A DNA stretch of 60,778 nt, counting the filler, from Trichosphaerium sp. ATCC 40318 (Eukaryota > Protista > Tubulinea), in NCBI GenBank assembly GCA_038496445.1. It is 3 parts of 3 records of this genome, joined end to end, with 100 filler letters (N's around TTAATTAATTAA, not from the genome) between each part and the next. Parts side by side here need not be neighbours in the genome. Positions count along the whole stretch, not along the records: positions 44,805 to 60,778 come from JALMLS010000433.1; 2 more parts are not named here. One strand, given 5' to 3'. A program made the position numbers and the translations under genes. Below the pieces are notes generated by a model. It was not told the DNA's origin, did no database searches, and saw nothing but the letters and a program-made list of their open reading frames with translations. Shown here in pieces: positions 56,062-60,778 of this stretch (position 1 is its first letter; each line of letters begins with the position of its first letter).

Positions 56062-58887
56062 ATATCGTTACTCAACACCAGCTACAAAATCTTATCTACC
56101 ATCTTAACTAGGAGACTCCAAAAAGATATTACAAAACGCAACATTATATCAGAAGCACAATTTGGTTTTACTCAATCACGTAACTGCCATATGAACCACA
56201 AAATATATCACGGTATAATGGAAAATGCCTTAGAACACTGCCGACCACTGTTTGTCACATACATTGACTTTAGGAAAGCATATGATAGTGTAGACAAATG
56301 GGCAGTATTAAATACACTTAAATACTACAACGTTGACCCTAAATTTATATCATTCATAGACAACATTTACGATAATCAAACAGCTGAAATAATCACACCA
56401 ATAGGAACTACTAATATTGAAATCAATAGAGGAGTAAAGCAAGGAGATATCCTAAGCCCTACACTTTTCAGTATCTTTATAAACCCACTACTAGAAGAGC
56501 TACGTAGATCAGGTAAAGGGTACACCATTGGCAACAACACCATTGAAGTGCTTGCATACGCTGATGATATTAAACTTTGCTCTGATAATAAAGCAAACAT
56601 GATTGCGCTATTCGATATAGTCAAAACATTTGCAACCTTTTATAACATAGACATTAATACCAATAAATCAGGATTCACATACAATAAACACGTGCAATTA
56701 TTAGACCAAGGTGACCTAATATGGAAAGATAAACCAGTCAAGAAAATAGATAGTAAAGATAACTACAAAGATCTTGGAATCTGGACCAACATGAACCTAG
56801 ACTGGAGCACACATTGCGACAAACTTGAAGCAAGTATGTACAAAATGATAGACAACGTTTCCAAATTCAGAGTTCCAACACGTATAGCCATTTGTGCTAT
56901 CAATCAGCTAGTACTAGCGAAAGCAGCCTACACCATGTCCTCTATTGCCATACCGTGTGATAGAGTATCAGATATGGAAGAAAACATACTCAAACTAACT
57001 AGAAAGCTATGTAAATCAATTAAAGGACAAAAGGCACACAGACTTTACGGAGGATATAAAGTGGGTGCTAAAAATCTAATATGTATCAAAGACTTACAAC
57101 TTGAACGTTATGGTAACACAATACTCTATGACGTCCTAAATTATGAGAACAACTCCTTGATGGTAACAATCAAAAAGGACAGACTAAATAACGCTCAAAT
57201 ATTCAACTCACAAGTAGTCTCAGAACCTGGTGAATGCTGTCTACCACCTGTAGGTTGTGGTAGCCGCTCATATAACATATATGATAATTTCTTAGACACG
57301 TGGGCAGACATAAATAGCTGTAACGAACGAAATAATATCTACACCCCTAATGTACGTAATAGCTGGTCACAACAGTTCACCAGATGGACTACAGAACAAA
57401 TGGATAATGTAACAAAAACTAACAACTGGCTTATTATAGCCACAGACGGTAGTTGTTACAGCAACGCAGAAGTGGATTGCCGAGCAGGTTATGGTGTTTT
57501 CCTGAGTGAAAACTATAAAATTAGTGGTGTAGTACCCTTTGATACCATGCCTATCTTTGCAGAACTATATGCTATAGAAACTGCGCTGAAAACTATCCCT
57601 AGAGGATGCAAAGCTTTGCTAGGAACAGACTGTATAGGAGCCAAAAGTCTTATTAAACAGTACAAACTAGCTAGCGTACATAGCAGGAAAAAACTGTCTT
57701 ACAAAGCAATACTATATCGCATTCATAAAGCAATGGAGCTAGTCAATGTAAAAATAGTATGGATACCAGCACACACAGACGATTTTGAAACAATATCAAT
57801 CACAGAAACAAAGAAAGAACACTTCACTAAATTAAGAAACAAATATGGAGAAGATGTAGTCAAAGCGTTAGTAAAAGGTAACAAGAACGCAGATACCCTA
57901 GCAAAACATGGTAGAGATGAAGAATCGGAAGACGTTCCGTTATTTAATAAGATAGGTAAAGGGCATAACACGTTTATAGTCAGCAAGAATGGTATGGTCA
58001 CATACGGCAACTACCAAAAAGTTTGCAAAAACGAAAACCAAACATTCTGGGATAAAAGATGGATTACTGAATCTACAGGACCAGCTAAATACGAACATAT
58101 AGACATGCACACATCTAACTTAATATTTCAGAGGAATGAAGCTGAATATGGAAGGGTACAAGACTTTATATTTCGGCTCAAGACAAATAACCTTAACCTG
58201 AACCAAAAACTTAATAGCATAGCTACAAATATAGGAACACCATCCAACTACATAGAAAAATATATGACAGAAATGTATGATGATGATAAATGCGAATTAT
58301 GTAACCTAGAAGAGGACGACAAAAGAGAAATAGAAGACGTAAAACATTTCAACTACTGTGACCCAGAAAACACATTTTACTATTCAACTGGTGAAGTCAT
58401 AGGTCAAGTAACACAACACCTCATAAACACAAAAGGCACCTTAGAAGGTATAGAGAAAGCAATTCCGATCACTGGACATTTAGAAAATAATGGATTTAAA
58501 AGCGTGCTAACTCCACTCTCCAAAGATCAAGACGAAAACAATACCCCACTACACATTTCTTGGCCTATCTACACAATTCATTAGGGAACTAGATGTAGAC
58601 AAATCCACCAATAGGCTACTCCGGAGGAGAGCGAAAGAGATGGCACATATGATACACCAAATAGAATTATATAAAAAGTATATAATTAATAGGAAAGCAA
58701 ATCATGCGATCAAACTTAAAAGAGTAAAAGAACGAGCGAGGAGGAACAGAGAGGAATATATGATCAACGAATACACATAACAAAAAAGTAAAGAGGACAT
58801 TTCCCAGGCTAAGGCCTGTGTTGTACTATATATGTAACGCGAAATGTGCTCGACTAAAGTAAAACATAGTCAAATAAACCAAACAAA
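56062..58887 (+). mobile_element. 5'-truncated non-LTR retrotransposon (RT, RNase H, Cys/His finger)
   Basis: The frame extends upstream of the ORF as ISLLNTSYKILSTILTRRLQ...QFGF. It continues with YIDFRKAYDSV, GVKQGDILSPTLF, YADDI, RNase H (ATDGS...AELYAI...GTDC...WIPAH...GNKNADTLAK) and CELC...EDVKHFNYC. Frameshifted tail to about 58780. No clear TSD. Confidence 0.88.
56191..58584 (+). CDS. Reverse transcriptase / RNase H polyprotein (partial)
   Basis: 797-aa ORF with non-LTR RT motifs and RNase H catalytic residues. Confidence 0.9.
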   Translation: MNHKIYHGIMENALEHCRPLFVTYIDFRKAYDSVDKWAVLNTLKYYNVDPKFISFIDNIYDNQTAEIITPIGTTNIEINRGVKQGDILSPTLFSIFINPLLEELRRSGKGYTIGNNTIEVLAYADDIKLCSDNKANMIALFDIVKTFATFYNIDINTNKSGFTYNKHVQLLDQGDLIWKDKPVKKIDSKDNYKDLGIWTNMNLDWSTHCDKLEASMYKMIDNVSKFRVPTRIAICAINQLVLAKAAYTMSSIAIPCDRVSDMEENILKLTRKLCKSIKGQKAHRLYGGYKVGAKNLICIKDLQLERYGNTILYDVLNYENNSLMVTIKKDRLNNAQIFNSQVVSEPGECCLPPVGCGSRSYNIYDNFLDTWADINSCNERNNIYTPNVRNSWSQQFTRWTTEQMDNVTKTNNWLIIATDGSCYSNAEVDCRAGYGVFLSENYKISGVVPFDTMPIFAELYAIETALKTIPRGCKALLGTDCIGAKSLIKQYKLASVHSRKKLSYKAILYRIHKAMELVNVKIVWIPAHTDDFETISITETKKEHFTKLRNKYGEDVVKALVKGNKNADTLAKHGRDEESEDVPLFNKIGKGHNTFIVSKNGMVTYGNYQKVCKNENQTFWDKRWITESTGPAKYEHIDMHTSNLIFQRNEAEYGRVQDFIFRLKTNNLNLNQKLNSIATNIGTPSNYIEKYMTEMYDDDKCELCNLEEDDKREIEDVKHFNYCDPENTFYYSTGEVIGQVTQHLINTKGTLEGIEKAIPITGHLENNGFKSVLTPLSKDQDENNTPLHISWPIYTIH

Positions 58888-60778
58888 GCGCTTAAGCCTG
58901 AACGATTTGTTAAGTAATGGTTGAATTTATTGCAGCGTATGGCCAACAACACCTCTTCCGTACCTTGTTTTATGACTTGAGTTAATTTGAAGGTTAATAC
59001 AGTATGTAGGAAGATGTATTAAGATTTGTTGTGCGCCATAAATCAACTTCAAGACGATCCAGATATATCCTTCGAAAAGAACTGCTTGCTTCTCATCCTG
59101 ATACATTACTTGGACGATTACTCGGTGTCTCGACATCACGATCTTCTCTAACCTTTAAGAGTGATAATTCAGGAGCTATTATCATTACTCAGTAAGCTTT
59201 TTATTGTTATTCTAAACAAGTCACGTGACTGATCATGTGGGTTTTTCAGATATCCAGATTTCTTCAAATACGTTATTTCGTTTTACACTTCTGGATGTAT
59301 TATAATCCCACGACGGTTTACGATGGATACAGTGTTTGACTTGATGATAGCCCTTGAGTTTTATTGTATTGACTACGATATTTCAAAAGCTAATTGGAAG
59401 GACTACGGTAATACAACATAAGAGAATCAACGCCCAACTTATCGCATCACTTCACTAACAATACTCAAACAGGATTGAAGCTGAAGTATCTTACGTATCA
59501 GAATTTACTTCCCAGGATGAACGCAGTTGTAGAATATATACTAAAACAATGCTCACAAGCGGTAAGATTCTGTACAGTATCAAGTGTTTTCAGAAAACAT
59601 TATTCTTGCTTTTGTTATTTATCAGAATTGTGTAGGCGTCCGACGGAAAAGGAAGTCTCAATACGTTCCCAGATATTCTACAAGTGTATGGAGCTAATGT
59701 TGAAGTTTGGAAACAAGATGATATAAGAGAAGCCATTGTATCAATTTTAAAACACCACAACTTACACGTCGAGGTAAGACAAGACATCAAACCAGAACAA
59801 CTTTAACAGCAACACTACTTATTGTCCTCTAGTCACATAACGCAAAGACACTTGAAGTGGTGTGGCTCTATCATATGGACAAAGACAAAACACGTGAATT
59901 ATATCAACGAATATTTTAGTGTACCACAAAAAAAAAAACAATCCTAAATGACCACTCTGGCCCATCAAGTATTTGATCCTCGCTACCATAGTAACCTAAA
60001 TATGTGAACCTCTTAAACAGAGGAGCGTAGCCAAAAATGAAATAAAGTGAAGCGATACAGAGATAAAGTAATTTACACAATTTTTATTTTGTACTACTTA
60101 CTAGCACTTTATCAACCTCTACAAGGTCACTTTAAGCAAAAGCAAACTCTTCTCTGTAAGTCTTTGTATAGAAACGCATTCCATCATTAATATCTACATG
60201 GTCTTGGACATGGAATATAGTCGTTCTCCACCGACCTAAACAACCAACTTAGTAAACTCAATCCATTAAAAAAAAGCTGCACTTTTTTGCAGTTTGAAAA
60301 AACTTAAACAATTTTTCACGTGACACGTGCCGTTTTTTCTAAATGAGTTACTAAAAACTGTGCGTATAGTATTTATAGCATCATTGGCATTTAGTGGATT
60401 TAGATTATGCTCACCAGCACCATCGAGGTAATTCGTTGCTGAAAAAGAATATTAGTTATGAAAAAAAAACATAGCAAACTTTTATGACTTGTAAGCAGTC
60501 ACGGATACGTACGTAGTGTTAGAATAAATTTATCCAAATCACCGGTTTTGTAAGATTTAGAGAAAGCATCAAAGTTAACAAACAGAATAATAAGAACACC
60601 TAAACATCAGAAAGTCAAAAAAAAATCTTTGTTATCAAGAAAAATTACCTTGTCGGAAGTTTCGCATAATTGACTGATACTGTTCAAAGCAGCTTGATAA
60701 GTGAAAAGGGTCTTTTATTTGTCAATGCTAGTTAAGAAGAAAATCAACAAAGAAAAGACATGCCGGATCAAGAGCAAC

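Noticed and set aside
10507-60323. Recurrent TCACGTGA (E-box/CLEAR-like) octamers in the nuclear contigs
   Set aside because: Positions are not consistently at promoters, and enrichment cannot be assessed without a genome background.

Overview
Three contigs joined by artificial N/TTAATTAATTAA spacers (15471-15570, 44705-44804). Contigs 1 (1-15470) and 3 (44805-60778) are compact, intron-rich nuclear DNA of a protist, probably an amoebozoan (inference). They carry VAC14, an RsfS/Iojap-family gene, a G-protein beta subunit, PIG-P, a hAT MITE, an intronless F-box/LRR gene, a RING protein, an SGNH/CE2 fragment, an F-BAR-SH3 gene and a 5'-truncated non-LTR retrotransposon with RNase H. Contig 2 (15571-44704) is a partial, very AT-rich mitochondrial genome using TGA=Trp, and its conserved genes are cryptic. 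cox1, nad1, nad9, nad11, rps2, rps13, both rRNAs and most tRNAs each lack single nucleotides, roughly one per 25-40 nt in the protein genes. Nearly all sites are repaired by doubling an encoded base (mostly G to GG, often C to CC, sometimes A to AA). Two long unassigned ORFs on the same contig (356 and 468 aa) are fully open, and both arms of a >=8.3 kb inverted repeat share the missing bases I compared. This points to extensive insertional RNA editing rather than sequencing error; it needs RNA confirmation. Additional signals: tRNA acceptor stems that appear to need 3'-end rebuilding, an atp9::nad5 chimeric gene, about 15 mutually unrelated long hairpins (some inside coding regions), and a giant palindrome centred on atp9.
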